This document shows, one piece after another, positions 16,354 through 26,040 of a DNA stretch of 64,000 bases. Source of the DNA: an uncultured Dehalococcoidales bacterium (lineage in GTDB: Bacteria; Chloroflexota; Dehalococcoidia; Dehalococcoidales; CAZFRL01); assembly GCA_964521325.1 (NCBI GenBank), contig CAZFRL010000003.1, forward strand, positions 6,373 through 70,372, read 5' to 3'. The notes beneath the pieces are model-generated. The model did not search any database. It worked only from the letters and a program-made list of their open reading frames with translations, and was not told where the DNA came from. Both the position numbers and the translations under genes were made by a program. The first letter of the stretch is position 1. Each line of letters starts with the position of its first letter.

Positions 16354-18162
16354 ATGAAACTATTACTCTTAGATAGACCAGTTGACAAGAGCATTTTAGA
16401 AGATCGAGAGGTAGAATTTTTCGGGCCGTGGGCACAACCGATGCATCTCCCCGAGGACTTAATCAAGCCCACGTTTGAGCCTTACTCAACACCAGAATCA
16501 GTTTATGAGGCAAGTATAAAAACAATGAGTACGGCTCAGACCCTACTTGCGCAGTTGAAAGATGTAGTGCCGAGCGTGACTGGAGTTAATAGAAACGAAA
16601 GATTTTGGAAAGTATTTTTAGGTCATCATGTGGTAGTTTTAGCCGGGATTGTCCAGGATATTATAGTTAGGCATCAGGCGCTGCCCGAAAAGGATTACGT
16701 TCTCGGACTAGCGCATGATGTCGATTATATAAAGGAACATGTACCTTATTCATGGAATGATGCCCAGGAACTTCTATTTTCCAATGATTGCTTCAGATGG
16801 TATGCAATGGGTTTGTATTTAGAGGACTGCTATAGTAATCACGAATCGGTAAAATACTCGGAAATTCCTCGGAGAAGAATTGCTAAAAGAGCTGATGAAC
16901 TGCGTACAACAATTTCCCAGAATGGTCTTGGATGGCTTTTTAAGAAGGTAATGCCCATTCTTCTCGGTCACGGTAGGCTACAGAGTAAAGAAGAGCAGAT
17001 GCGGGATAATACCTGCTCGTTGGTTTGGGATAGATATCATTTAGACGATTTTGATTTTAAGAAATTAGGGGCTACTGTTCTAACCGAAGAATTTTTGCCA
17101 GACATTAATTCACTCCCATCTTTTCATGTAGACAAGGAAAAAAGAGAGAAGATTGAGAATTCCTTATCTAAACCATACGGAGAACTTCTAAGTTTAAGTT
17201 TACCTGTAATTGCTGTCGAAGGCTTAGCCTATTTGGTTAATTTAATAGCGGCTGAAAAACGGCACTGGTTCAAAAAAATAGAACGCGTCTACACACATGG
17301 GCAAGGATTTAGCAACGAAGGGTCGAAAAGAATATGGCTGGCATTACTTGCCGATGACGGTAAAAAGATCGTATCCATTCAGCATGGAGGTGGGGCAACC
17401 TACTTTGCCCATTCAACGATGTTTCTGGAGAAAATAATTGCCGATGGCTATATATCCTGGGGTCCCGGTTACTCCAATTTTAGTGACTTACCAAATGCTA
17501 ACAAAACGAAAATTCTGCCAAGTATATATCTAACTCATCTTAAACAAAAGAGCCTTATTGATAAAAAAGAGAAATGGGAGATACTTTTTGTTGTTTTAGA
17601 AGAAAACCGTTATACCATATGGCTCCGTAATTCCCTATTCCCAGACATGGCTCACGATTATTTTACTCGACAAAAAGTTCTTTTTGATTATTTTTGTGCG
17701 AGAAGGCAGACTGCGGTGAAGGTTTACCCGGAAACCTATGGATGGGGACAGGCTGAGTGGATCAAGGCGAAATATCCCGCAGCCGATCTCTTAGCAAGTG
17801 GCAGGTTTGTGAATTACGCCTTGCAGTCAAGAATCGTTATCGTTGACTATAGCTCCACTGCTTTTTTAGAGTTACTTGCTATGGGAAGACCCTTTTTAGC
17901 TACCTGGAACCGTAGATGGTTCAAAGGAAATGGTTTGTTTGAGGAATTTATCGACAAATTGATTGATGTCGGAATATTCTACGAGCAACCAGAAGCATTA
18001 ATAAAGTCATATGCTGAAATAATTTCTCCAGATATTACTCTGTGGTGGAATGAAAGCAAGAGGCAAGATGTGCTTAGAGAAATGGCAAACAATTTTGCCA
18101 TGACTTCAGATGAGACGAACAAAGAGTGGAGTGAGGAATTTCAGAAAAACTTACTGTACTGA
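16354..18162 (+). CDS. orphan 602-aa protein, putative GT-B/TagF-like transferase (family unknown)
   Basis: Long ORF tightly packed in the operon. Motifs GKKIVSIQHGGG (~res 342) and RIVIVDYSSTAFLELLAMGRPF (~res 497). I recognise no GT2/GT4 signature. Confidence 0.55.
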   Translation: MKLLLLDRPVDKSILEDREVEFFGPWAQPMHLPEDLIKPTFEPYSTPESVYEASIKTMSTAQTLLAQLKDVVPSVTGVNRNERFWKVFLGHHVVVLAGIVQDIIVRHQALPEKDYVLGLAHDVDYIKEHVPYSWNDAQELLFSNDCFRWYAMGLYLEDCYSNHESVKYSEIPRRRIAKRADELRTTISQNGLGWLFKKVMPILLGHGRLQSKEEQMRDNTCSLVWDRYHLDDFDFKKLGATVLTEEFLPDINSLPSFHVDKEKREKIENSLSKPYGELLSLSLPVIAVEGLAYLVNLIAAEKRHWFKKIERVYTHGQGFSNEGSKRIWLALLADDGKKIVSIQHGGGATYFAHSTMFLEKIIADGYISWGPGYSNFSDLPNANKTKILPSIYLTHLKQKSLIDKKEKWEILFVVLEENRYTIWLRNSLFPDMAHDYFTRQKVLFDYFCARRQTAVKVYPETYGWGQAEWIKAKYPAADLLASGRFVNYALQSRIVIVDYSSTAFLELLAMGRPFLATWNRRWFKGNGLFEEFIDKLIDVGIFYEQPEALIKSYAEIISPDITLWWNESKRQDVLREMANNFAMTSDETNKEWSEEFQKNLLY

Positions 18163-18176
18163 TAATAAGGGAAACC

Positions 18177-20093
18177 ATGATTTTGTTTTTTGAAGCCTAT
18201 TCTATTATTCAGACCCTGTTCCTATTTAGGTATATAAGGAAGGCAAGGCTTATCTACTTTCATAAGCGAGGTGTCCCTAGGTCAGATTTTGCTCCAGGGG
18301 TCAAAAGACGTGTGGAGAGATTAATACACCTCATAAATAAAAGGGTTGAGATAAAAACCATCCCCACTGAAAAGGTTTACCAGTATAATTGGGAGCTTAA
18401 TAAGGAGGCAGTTGGTCTTGTCGAGGAGTTGACATCTGATATACAACAGTCTTCTGTCTACAGAATGGTACTGAAAATAATTCGGGATGCCAATATATTG
18501 AAGTTTTACCAACAACGACTAGCGACAGATATACCAGATAGATGGTTATTTATGAAGGTGGCAAAAGCCCTGAGTTCTGAGCATGATTCTCTGGTCATTA
18601 TCCCAAAGAGCAACGATAATTCTTTCTTAGAAATTAAGTTGTTTGGGAATGAAGAACTGGGGAAATATTCTATATCGGTCACCCGCAGAGCTAATAATCT
18701 CAGGTTCTTCTTTAGGAAAGTAGGTGCATTAGCTATCCTGCTTTTACTCCCTCTGGGTTTTGTTATTCTGCGGACTAGGATAACCTTAAGCAGGATTAAT
18801 CGAGAAAGCTACGACGTGGCGATGCCTGTAATCTGGGGATTTCACGGGGATGAGGATAAGGCAAAAATAAGGGGGGTTAGGAGACCACATAATGACGAAT
18901 ACTTATACAACGAGGAAATAATAAGAGGCCATATTATTCATATCTTTGGTGATTGGCGAGATACCGACGTAGTTGATAATAACTATAAAAGAATCATGAA
19001 TAAAAAAGGTATTCCCTACATAGATAGGCGGGATTATAAGGCGAACATAAATTTTCTTTTGACCGCAGGCAGGATTCAATTAAAGATTCTAACCGGTTTG
19101 TGGCAAAATTCTCTTTGCTGGCGGAGTCCTCTTGATTATATAGACTATAGCATTGGAGCTATTAACTGCATGTTAAGAAAGTACCTTGAATTTGAAAACA
19201 TTGGCTACAAAGTAGAACTGATGAGGCACGATTATAGTGCCGCTCATATTGTAGAAACAATTCTGTGTAACCAGCAAGGGAAGAAAACTGTTGGCATCCA
19301 GCACCGCGTAACAGCCGGCCCAAATGTGATGAATTCATTGTGTTACGTGCACATGGACAAATATTGCATATTTAGCGATGCCCACTTGAGACTGTATTCT
19401 CCGTATTGGGAGAAGCTCGATTTAGCCAAGACAGGAGCAATGGATATCGATTGGACGATTAATCTGGTTGATAACGGGAAATTAATGGTAAACAACCTTA
19501 AACAAAAGATGCACTCGTTATATAAGGTAAGAAAATATACCGTTCTCATTGCGTTTCCAGGTCCCTCCGGATACAATCAGCAAAGCAAGTGGGCTGAAAT
19601 GTATGACGCTTTACGGGAATTCAAATCACTTGATACTGACTGTAATGTTTTCTTGCGATTTAGAACGATTGACGACCTTAGTGCCCCTCATATGGTCCGT
19701 TTTGCCGACCTTCCTAAAAGAGACGAGCGTATAATCATAGATCTTACTAATTTTACAACTTATGAATTAATGGCCTTGTGTGACTTATATATTACTAGCT
19801 CCCACTCATCTGGGCTTATCGAGGCTGTAGCTATCGGGAAGAAGGCGTTCACCTTTGATTACATGGGAACAACTCAATATTGTTTCAGTAATTATGGCAA
19901 AGACCTCATCCTTACTATAAAGGACGACGTTTTGGCCTTATTTAAGGACTTAGAAAATAATTTTGCTGGATACGACTGTAACTGGGAGTTACTGAGGAAA
20001 GAATATAATTACTACTATGACGGCAGATGTTCGGAGAGACAACAAAGAGTCGTGTGTGAGACAGTGAAGGAAGTTAGTCAAGGGAAAACGTGA
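18177..20093 (+). CDS. orphan 638-aa protein, distant paralogue of the preceding ORF, putative transferase
   Basis: Motifs GKKTVGIQHRVT (~res 373) and CDLYITSSHSSGLIEAVAIGKKAF (~res 538). One internal hydrophobic segment (VGALAILLLLPLGFVIL). Confidence 0.55.
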   Translation: MILFFEAYSIIQTLFLFRYIRKARLIYFHKRGVPRSDFAPGVKRRVERLIHLINKRVEIKTIPTEKVYQYNWELNKEAVGLVEELTSDIQQSSVYRMVLKIIRDANILKFYQQRLATDIPDRWLFMKVAKALSSEHDSLVIIPKSNDNSFLEIKLFGNEELGKYSISVTRRANNLRFFFRKVGALAILLLLPLGFVILRTRITLSRINRESYDVAMPVIWGFHGDEDKAKIRGVRRPHNDEYLYNEEIIRGHIIHIFGDWRDTDVVDNNYKRIMNKKGIPYIDRRDYKANINFLLTAGRIQLKILTGLWQNSLCWRSPLDYIDYSIGAINCMLRKYLEFENIGYKVELMRHDYSAAHIVETILCNQQGKKTVGIQHRVTAGPNVMNSLCYVHMDKYCIFSDAHLRLYSPYWEKLDLAKTGAMDIDWTINLVDNGKLMVNNLKQKMHSLYKVRKYTVLIAFPGPSGYNQQSKWAEMYDALREFKSLDTDCNVFLRFRTIDDLSAPHMVRFADLPKRDERIIIDLTNFTTYELMALCDLYITSSHSSGLIEAVAIGKKAFTFDYMGTTQYCFSNYGKDLILTIKDDVLALFKDLENNFAGYDCNWELLRKEYNYYYDGRCSERQQRVVCETVKEVSQGKT

Positions 20094-20111
20094 ACTCCCT
20101 ATAGAGGCACA

Positions 20112-21716
20112 ATGATAATTATTTGTATTATCCCGGCAAAATCAGACTCTAAGCGACTAAAAAATAAGAATATGGCACAAATAGCAGGAAAACCCCTCAT
20201 TTACTATACAATAAAAGCGGCCCAAGCATCTAAAAAAATTGATAAGGTCTACGTATCTACAGATTCAGAGGAAATTGCAGGTTATGCCGAGAAAATGGGT
20301 GTTGAGGTTATTAAAAGAGGACAAGAATTATGTGGAGAAGCACCAGTATTAGATGTTTTTAACCATGCTTATAACAGTGTGTATAATCGCGAGATTACAC
20401 ATATTGTCGGTCTCCAGCCTGACCATCCCGACCGCAGGATGAATATTGATGAAGCAATCCGATACGGGTTAGATTCAGACTTTGACCTGCTTAAGAGCGT
20501 GGATGGCAAAGGCAGGGTAAATGGTTCTTTCTGGATGATAAAAGCGCCTTTCTTAAAGGAAAAGCGCCCCGGTTTTAAGGTAGGCACAGTCATGGACCCT
20601 TGTACTAATATTCACACCGAGGAGGACTTATTAATCGCCGAGAGGTATATTCTGCGAAAACAAACTATCGAAGTTGCTGGCAAAAAGATAGGTAAAGGTT
20701 GCCCCACTTTTGTTATAGCTGAGGGTGCTTGCAATCATATGTGTGACTTAACCCTGGCCAAGAAAATGATTGCCAAGGCTAAAGAAGCAGGGGCTGATGC
20801 CATAAAATTTCAAGCTTATAAAGCAGAACGTCTTGTAACCAAACATGCCGAGAGTTACTGGAAATATCCGGGCATAAAGTCTCAATTTGACTATTATAAA
20901 CAACTGGACAAATTCGGTGAAAGGGAATATGGCGCACTATTTGAGTATGCTAAAGAACAAGGGATTATTGCTTTCGCCACACCCTTCGATATCGAAAGCG
21001 CTTCCATGCTTAATAAGCTTGGTGTGCCTCTTTTTAAAATCGCCTCCTGTGATTTACCGGATATTAGGCTTTTAAGACATGTTGCCAGTTTTAGGAAACC
21101 CGTTATCCTATCAACCGGTGGGGCAACTCTGGAAGAAGTCAAAAACGCTGTTACCACTTTAGCCAGGGAGGGTGTTGAAGATTTAATCTTAATGGTTTGC
21201 ACTTTAAGTTATCCAGCAGGAAACGAAAGTGCTCACTTGCGGCGGATTACCGCATTTGAGAAGGAGTTCCCTGAATTAATCATTGGTGTTTCTGACCACA
21301 CAAATCCTGACCGGCAAATGCTTATCCCGTCGGTGGCGGTTGCCCTGGGTGCCAAGGTTGTAGAAAAACATTATACGTTAGACCGCAACATGACTGGCTC
21401 CGGGCATGCTTTTTCAGTTACCCCTGATGACTTGAAGAAAATGATAGAAAACATCCGGTTAACCGAACAGGTGCTGGGAAGCTCAGAAATACGTATTTAT
21501 CCACAAGAGGAAGCAGTCCGAGAAAATGCCAGGAGAAGCCTGGTGGCTGAGGTTCTTATCAAAAGTGGGGATATAATAACCTCAGAAATGGTAGGAATAA
21601 AACGCCCTGGAAATGGCTTACCGGCCTATATGATTGATACCATCATAGGAAAACGAGCCAGACAAGATATTAAGCCAGAACAGCAGATAACTTTAGAAAT
21701 GCTGGAGGAGCCCTAA
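20112..21716 (+). CDS. bifunctional fusion: NulO cytidylyltransferase-like domain + NeuB-type nonulosonic-acid synthase with SAF domain
   Basis: 534 aa. The N-terminal ~190 aa carry IPAKSDSKRLKNKN and GLQPDHPDR (cytidylyltransferase fold). Residues ~195-534 carry FVIAEGACNHMCDL..AK.MI..AKEAGADAIKFQAYK, FKIASCD and SDHT, plus a C-terminal SAF-like segment (ARRSLVAEVLIKSGDIITSEMVGIKRPGNGL). Confidence 0.85.
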   Translation: MIIICIIPAKSDSKRLKNKNMAQIAGKPLIYYTIKAAQASKKIDKVYVSTDSEEIAGYAEKMGVEVIKRGQELCGEAPVLDVFNHAYNSVYNREITHIVGLQPDHPDRRMNIDEAIRYGLDSDFDLLKSVDGKGRVNGSFWMIKAPFLKEKRPGFKVGTVMDPCTNIHTEEDLLIAERYILRKQTIEVAGKKIGKGCPTFVIAEGACNHMCDLTLAKKMIAKAKEAGADAIKFQAYKAERLVTKHAESYWKYPGIKSQFDYYKQLDKFGEREYGALFEYAKEQGIIAFATPFDIESASMLNKLGVPLFKIASCDLPDIRLLRHVASFRKPVILSTGGATLEEVKNAVTTLAREGVEDLILMVCTLSYPAGNESAHLRRITAFEKEFPELIIGVSDHTNPDRQMLIPSVAVALGAKVVEKHYTLDRNMTGSGHAFSVTPDDLKKMIENIRLTEQVLGSSEIRIYPQEEAVRENARRSLVAEVLIKSGDIITSEMVGIKRPGNGLPAYMIDTIIGKRARQDIKPEQQITLEMLEEP

Positions 21717-21750
21717 TCAAAGTTCAGGTGTGAATAGTATAAGGAGCTTT

Positions 21751-22797
21751 ATGAAAACGTGGGTACTTGTCGGGAATGAGAAACTAGAATTAAAAGAGAT
21801 ACCAATTCCCAATCCAGGGGCAGATGAGATTCTGGTCAGGGTCAAAGCGGCTAGCATTTGTAATAGGACTGACCTTGTTGCCTTTATGTATAACGAAAAA
21901 CCCGTTGAATTTTTCGGGTATAAATTACCCCACCCTGATGATTTTGGGTATGAGTGGGTTGTCCGCAGCCCCTTGTATCTTGACCACTTTGGTCACGAGG
22001 TGACAGGAATTGCAGAAAGGGTAGGAAAAGATATAACGAAAATAGCTACCGGGGACCGTGTTTTTTTGCGTAGCCCCGTAAGAAACCCAGAGCGCTCAGG
22101 ATTTGCCGAATATGTATTAGCCAAGGAATACATGATAGCTAAATTACCCCAGTACTTATCTTTTGAAGAGGGGGTGCTTGGCGAGCTTCTTCCCATCGCC
22201 ATAGGTGCAGCCAGGGACATCAGGCTTGGGGACTACGTGGGCATACTTGGTCAAGGTCCCGGAGGATTGATGATTACCCAGGTGGCAAAACTTCAGGGAG
22301 CCGCTAAAATAATTGTGGCTGATAAGTATGAAAAGAGGTTGAAATTGGCAAAAGAGTTGGGAGCTGACTGCGTAGTCAATGTGACAAGAGAAAATATAGA
22401 AAAGAAGGTGAAGGATATTATAGGAGTATCAGATTTGAAGGACTATGGTCTGGATGTAGTTATTGATGCTGTAGGCACACCAGATGTCTTGAGAGAATGC
22501 CTTAGGTTGGTGAAGAAAGGGGGCTCAGTAAGAATCTTTGGGACGCACCACTTAGAGCCAGTAATGATTGATGTGGTAAAGTGGGAGGAAAAGGCGGTAA
22601 CTATAGGCATGTCAAATGAGGCCACACCTGAAGAAACCGCAGAAAGAATGGCAAGAGCGCAACGCTTATTGGAAGCTGAACTTATAAAAACAAAACCCTT
22701 CATAACCCATGTTTTCAGGCTAGAAGAACTACCACAAGCATTTGCCCTATTAAAGAACTCACCAGGGGAGGTGATAAAGGTTGCTATCACGCCGTGA
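21751..22797 (+). CDS. zinc-type medium-chain dehydrogenase/reductase (sorbitol/threonine dehydrogenase-like)
   Basis: The start is moved to the ATG at 21751, preceded by an AAGGAG SD; the track start is 21730. CNRTD and GHE zinc-ligand contexts and the GQGPGGL Rossmann motif are present. Confidence 0.8.
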   Translation: MKTWVLVGNEKLELKEIPIPNPGADEILVRVKAASICNRTDLVAFMYNEKPVEFFGYKLPHPDDFGYEWVVRSPLYLDHFGHEVTGIAERVGKDITKIATGDRVFLRSPVRNPERSGFAEYVLAKEYMIAKLPQYLSFEEGVLGELLPIAIGAARDIRLGDYVGILGQGPGGLMITQVAKLQGAAKIIVADKYEKRLKLAKELGADCVVNVTRENIEKKVKDIIGVSDLKDYGLDVVIDAVGTPDVLRECLRLVKKGGSVRIFGTHHLEPVMIDVVKWEEKAVTIGMSNEATPEETAERMARAQRLLEAELIKTKPFITHVFRLEELPQAFALLKNSPGEVIKVAITP

Positions 22798-24181
22798 AAC
22801 ACTAAAGGTTACGGTATATATCCCAGCCTATAATTACGGGAAATATATTGAGATGGCTATCCAGAGTGTGTTAAATCAAACCATGGAAGATTGGGAATTG
22901 ATAGTCATAAATGATGGCTCAACAGATAACACCTCGGAGATTCTAAAGGGATATGAAAGCCATCCCAAAATTAGAATTATTGAGCAGCAAAACAAAGGAC
23001 TAACTGTATCGAATAACATTGCTTTAAGGTTGTCTAGCGGTAAATACTTGATGCGACTGGATGCGGATGATTATTTAGACGAAAATGCCCTTCTGGTCTT
23101 GTCAAATGTCCTGGATAGCAAGCAGGAGATTGGCCTTGTTTACCCTGATTACTACGTTATTGATGAAGAAGGAGAAGTTCTTGAAATCGTGCGCAGGAAG
23201 AAGATAGGAGAAGAAGTCGAGTTGCTTGATTTACCTGCCCATGGCGCATGTACTATGTTCCGTAAAGAATGCCTGGTAAGAATCAAGGGGTATGAGGAGA
23301 GTATCGGTTGCCAGGATGGGTATGATATTTGGCTTAAATTTAACCGATTATTTAAGCCGTCTAATGTTAATGTCCCCCTATTTTATTATCGGCAGCATCG
23401 GGGGAACCTAACCAAGGACCAGCAAAAACTTCTGCGGACACGAAAGGCAATCAAAAGCGATTTCGTAAGGAAGTATTTGGACAACGATGTCCCTCGTGTC
23501 TTAGGTATTATTCCAGTGCTGAAGAAATCTCTTTCTTATCCCTATTCCCCTTTCGTAGACCTTGCCGGGAAACCTCTATTATGGTACACAATTCATGAAG
23601 CTTTACAAACGAAAACGCTAGATAAAGTTGTGGTCACTTCAGATGATGACGAAGTCTTGAATTACGCTAAAGCATTTGCTGATATCACTATTATAAAGAG
23701 ACCTCCTGAGCTAACGAAATCTTCTTCGAAAATAGAATCCATTGTAATACACACTCTTAATGTTCTTAAAGAAAAGCATAATGTCCATAATCCGGATGCT
23801 GTCATGGTTTTATATGTTAATGTCCCACTTAGAAAAGCAACACATATAGAAGAAGCAATAAATACAATGGCTATTTTTGATGTTGATAGCGTGGTTTCGG
23901 TGTGTGAAGAACTGGCGTTTTGCTACACGCATGACAGAGATGGCTTAGCCCCTATCTGGAGCAAAAGGGACTTCAGGATAGAAAGAAACTCTATTTATAA
24001 GGAAAACGGAGCCATCCTTTTAAGTAAAGTTACTGCTGTAACGGAAAAGGATTTTTGGGGTAAGAAGATAGGGCATGTCATTATGCTCCCCGAGGAGAGC
24101 ATAAAGATAAATAGTCAGTTTGAATTTTGGCTGGCAGAAAAGATAATATCCGAATGGGATGCGGGGAATGCTGAAGCTTAA
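22781..24181 (+). CDS. fusion: GT2 glycosyltransferase + C-terminal acylneuraminate-cytidylyltransferase-like domain with degenerate N-terminal signature
   Basis: 466 aa. Residues 1-230 carry VYIPAYNYGKYI...NQT...VINDGSTDNT and LDADD (GT2). Residues ~235-460 align in architecture with NeuA-like proteins (GKPLLWYTIHEA, VVTSDDDEVLNYA, IKRPPEL, ending QFEFWLAEKI like the 9774 protein's DDEFDFWIAEQV). The ARGGSKG..KN loop is replaced by PVLKKSLSYPYSPF. Confidence 0.75.
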   Translation: MLSRRETLKVTVYIPAYNYGKYIEMAIQSVLNQTMEDWELIVINDGSTDNTSEILKGYESHPKIRIIEQQNKGLTVSNNIALRLSSGKYLMRLDADDYLDENALLVLSNVLDSKQEIGLVYPDYYVIDEEGEVLEIVRRKKIGEEVELLDLPAHGACTMFRKECLVRIKGYEESIGCQDGYDIWLKFNRLFKPSNVNVPLFYYRQHRGNLTKDQQKLLRTRKAIKSDFVRKYLDNDVPRVLGIIPVLKKSLSYPYSPFVDLAGKPLLWYTIHEALQTKTLDKVVVTSDDDEVLNYAKAFADITIIKRPPELTKSSSKIESIVIHTLNVLKEKHNVHNPDAVMVLYVNVPLRKATHIEEAINTMAIFDVDSVVSVCEELAFCYTHDRDGLAPIWSKRDFRIERNSIYKENGAILLSKVTAVTEKDFWGKKIGHVIMLPEESIKINSQFEFWLAEKIISEWDAGNAEA

Positions 24182-24196
24182 AGGGGAGTCCTCCAA

Positions 24197-26005
24197 ATGA
24201 CTACAGCTACATCTAAACCAGGGACAATGAGACCTAAGAGAGAAATAAAGATAGCCCTTGCATACATCAGGAGATATAAACGGCTATCTGCCATAAATGC
24301 ATTGGTATTAATTGGGGTAGCTGCTTCTGAAGCGTTTGGGATTGGGATGATTATTCCCATTCTACAAAGTCTGATTGGAGAGGCCGGCATAGATTTTTTC
24401 ATCATCGACTATATCAGGTCACTATGTGCCTTTTTGCATATTGAGTATAATTTCCTGAATTTAATGGCTATTTTTGCTGTTATAATAGCGATAAGGTATG
24501 GTCTTACCGCTTTACAACAATATTTAGCTAGGCTTCTGAGTGCGTCCGTAACCTACGAACTCCGAGAAAGAGCTTTCCAAAACTTGATGGACCTTCCCTT
24601 AAATTACCATTACAAACAAAAGACGGGGGATATAATTGCCACTTTATACACTTCGTCGCAGAGTTCAGGTGTTGTGATAGAACAATCTATATTAGCCTTT
24701 TCAATGGTGATAATTTGCTTGGCTTATCTAGTTATTAACTTTTTAATATCCGTCCCGCTTACTCTAATTGTGTGTGTACTGGCTTCACTTTCATATTTTC
24801 TAATAATACCCAGATTTAGAATTGGCTTTATCCAGGGAGGTGAAGAGAAAGGTTTAATAGATAAAATTTCCTCGTTCCTAGTTGATACGCTAGGGGGAAT
24901 TAAAATTCTTAAGTCGTTCAATAACGAAAGCTTCCATGTGAGGAAATTTAGGCAACTGAATTCTTCCTTTAAAAAACTTTCTATTCGGATACAGCTCAAC
25001 CGGATGATAGCTGGTATTTTTTCTGAGCCTCTTATATTTCTAATCACAATTAGTTTAATGGTTTTTGCCATCCAGGTGTTAAATATGTCTCTTGTTTTGA
25101 TGATAACCTTTTTCCTTGTTTTTATTCGATTAATTCCGCAAATTAAGGGGGTCAATGCTAATTATTTGCTGATTTTACAATTATTGCCGCACTTCTCAAA
25201 AGTTGAGGATATAGTTAGGCGAGAGAACAAAACATATCTTCCCGATGGCTCTAGAGAAATCAGGACAATTCGTTCTGGGATAGAATTTAGCCATGTTTAT
25301 TTTAGATATCCCAGCTCTCGGGAGTCTGTTTTGAAGGATGCCAATCTAATGGTGGAAAAGAACAAAAGTACGGCTTTGGTAGGAGTCTCGGGGGGTGGTA
25401 AGACCACAATAGTAGACTTGATTTTAAGGCTGCATGACCCTGATAAAGGTCTTATCAAAGTGGACGGGATTGACTTGCGCGAGTTTAGGAGGAGTGATTG
25501 GCACCGGATTCTCAGTGTAGTTCACCAAGATCCGTATTTATTTAATGACACCATATATAACAATATCTTGTATGGAAAACTAGGGGCTACGAAGGAAGAG
25601 GTTATCAATGCTGCTAAATTGGCGAACGCACATGATTTTATCTCGAAGTTGTCCGATAAATATGACACCCAGGCAGGGGAGAGAGGAGTGAAGCTTTCAG
25701 GGGGGGAGAAGCAAAGGATAGCGCTAGCCAGGGCATTGATAAAAAACCCTGAGGTTTTAATACTTGACGAAGCTACAAGCGCTTTGGACAGTGAATCTGA
25801 AAGGCTCATTAAGGACGCTATTGCCAGGCTTATCACCAGCAAAACAATAATTATTATTGCCCACAGGATATCTACGATTGTGGATGCGGATAAAATAATT
25901 GTTGTTGATAATGGAGAGATTGTCGAAGAAGGTACTCATGAGGAATTGCTCCAAAAAGACGGTATATATAAGAAAAATTATAGTCTACAACTACTCACCG
26001 CATAA
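24197..26005 (+). CDS. ABC exporter, fused permease/ATPase (MsbA/PglK-like)
   Basis: 602 aa. Six N-terminal TM helices, Walker A GVSGGGKTT, signature LSGGEKQR and Walker B ILDEATSALD. Confidence 0.9.
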   Translation: MTTATSKPGTMRPKREIKIALAYIRRYKRLSAINALVLIGVAASEAFGIGMIIPILQSLIGEAGIDFFIIDYIRSLCAFLHIEYNFLNLMAIFAVIIAIRYGLTALQQYLARLLSASVTYELRERAFQNLMDLPLNYHYKQKTGDIIATLYTSSQSSGVVIEQSILAFSMVIICLAYLVINFLISVPLTLIVCVLASLSYFLIIPRFRIGFIQGGEEKGLIDKISSFLVDTLGGIKILKSFNNESFHVRKFRQLNSSFKKLSIRIQLNRMIAGIFSEPLIFLITISLMVFAIQVLNMSLVLMITFFLVFIRLIPQIKGVNANYLLILQLLPHFSKVEDIVRRENKTYLPDGSREIRTIRSGIEFSHVYFRYPSSRESVLKDANLMVEKNKSTALVGVSGGGKTTIVDLILRLHDPDKGLIKVDGIDLREFRRSDWHRILSVVHQDPYLFNDTIYNNILYGKLGATKEEVINAAKLANAHDFISKLSDKYDTQAGERGVKLSGGEKQRIALARALIKNPEVLILDEATSALDSESERLIKDAIARLITSKTIIIIAHRISTIVDADKIIVVDNGEIVEEGTHEELLQKDGIYKKNYSLQLLTA

Positions 26006-26040
26006 GGTTGTGTTGATTTGAAGGAGGTAATGCCTGAATA

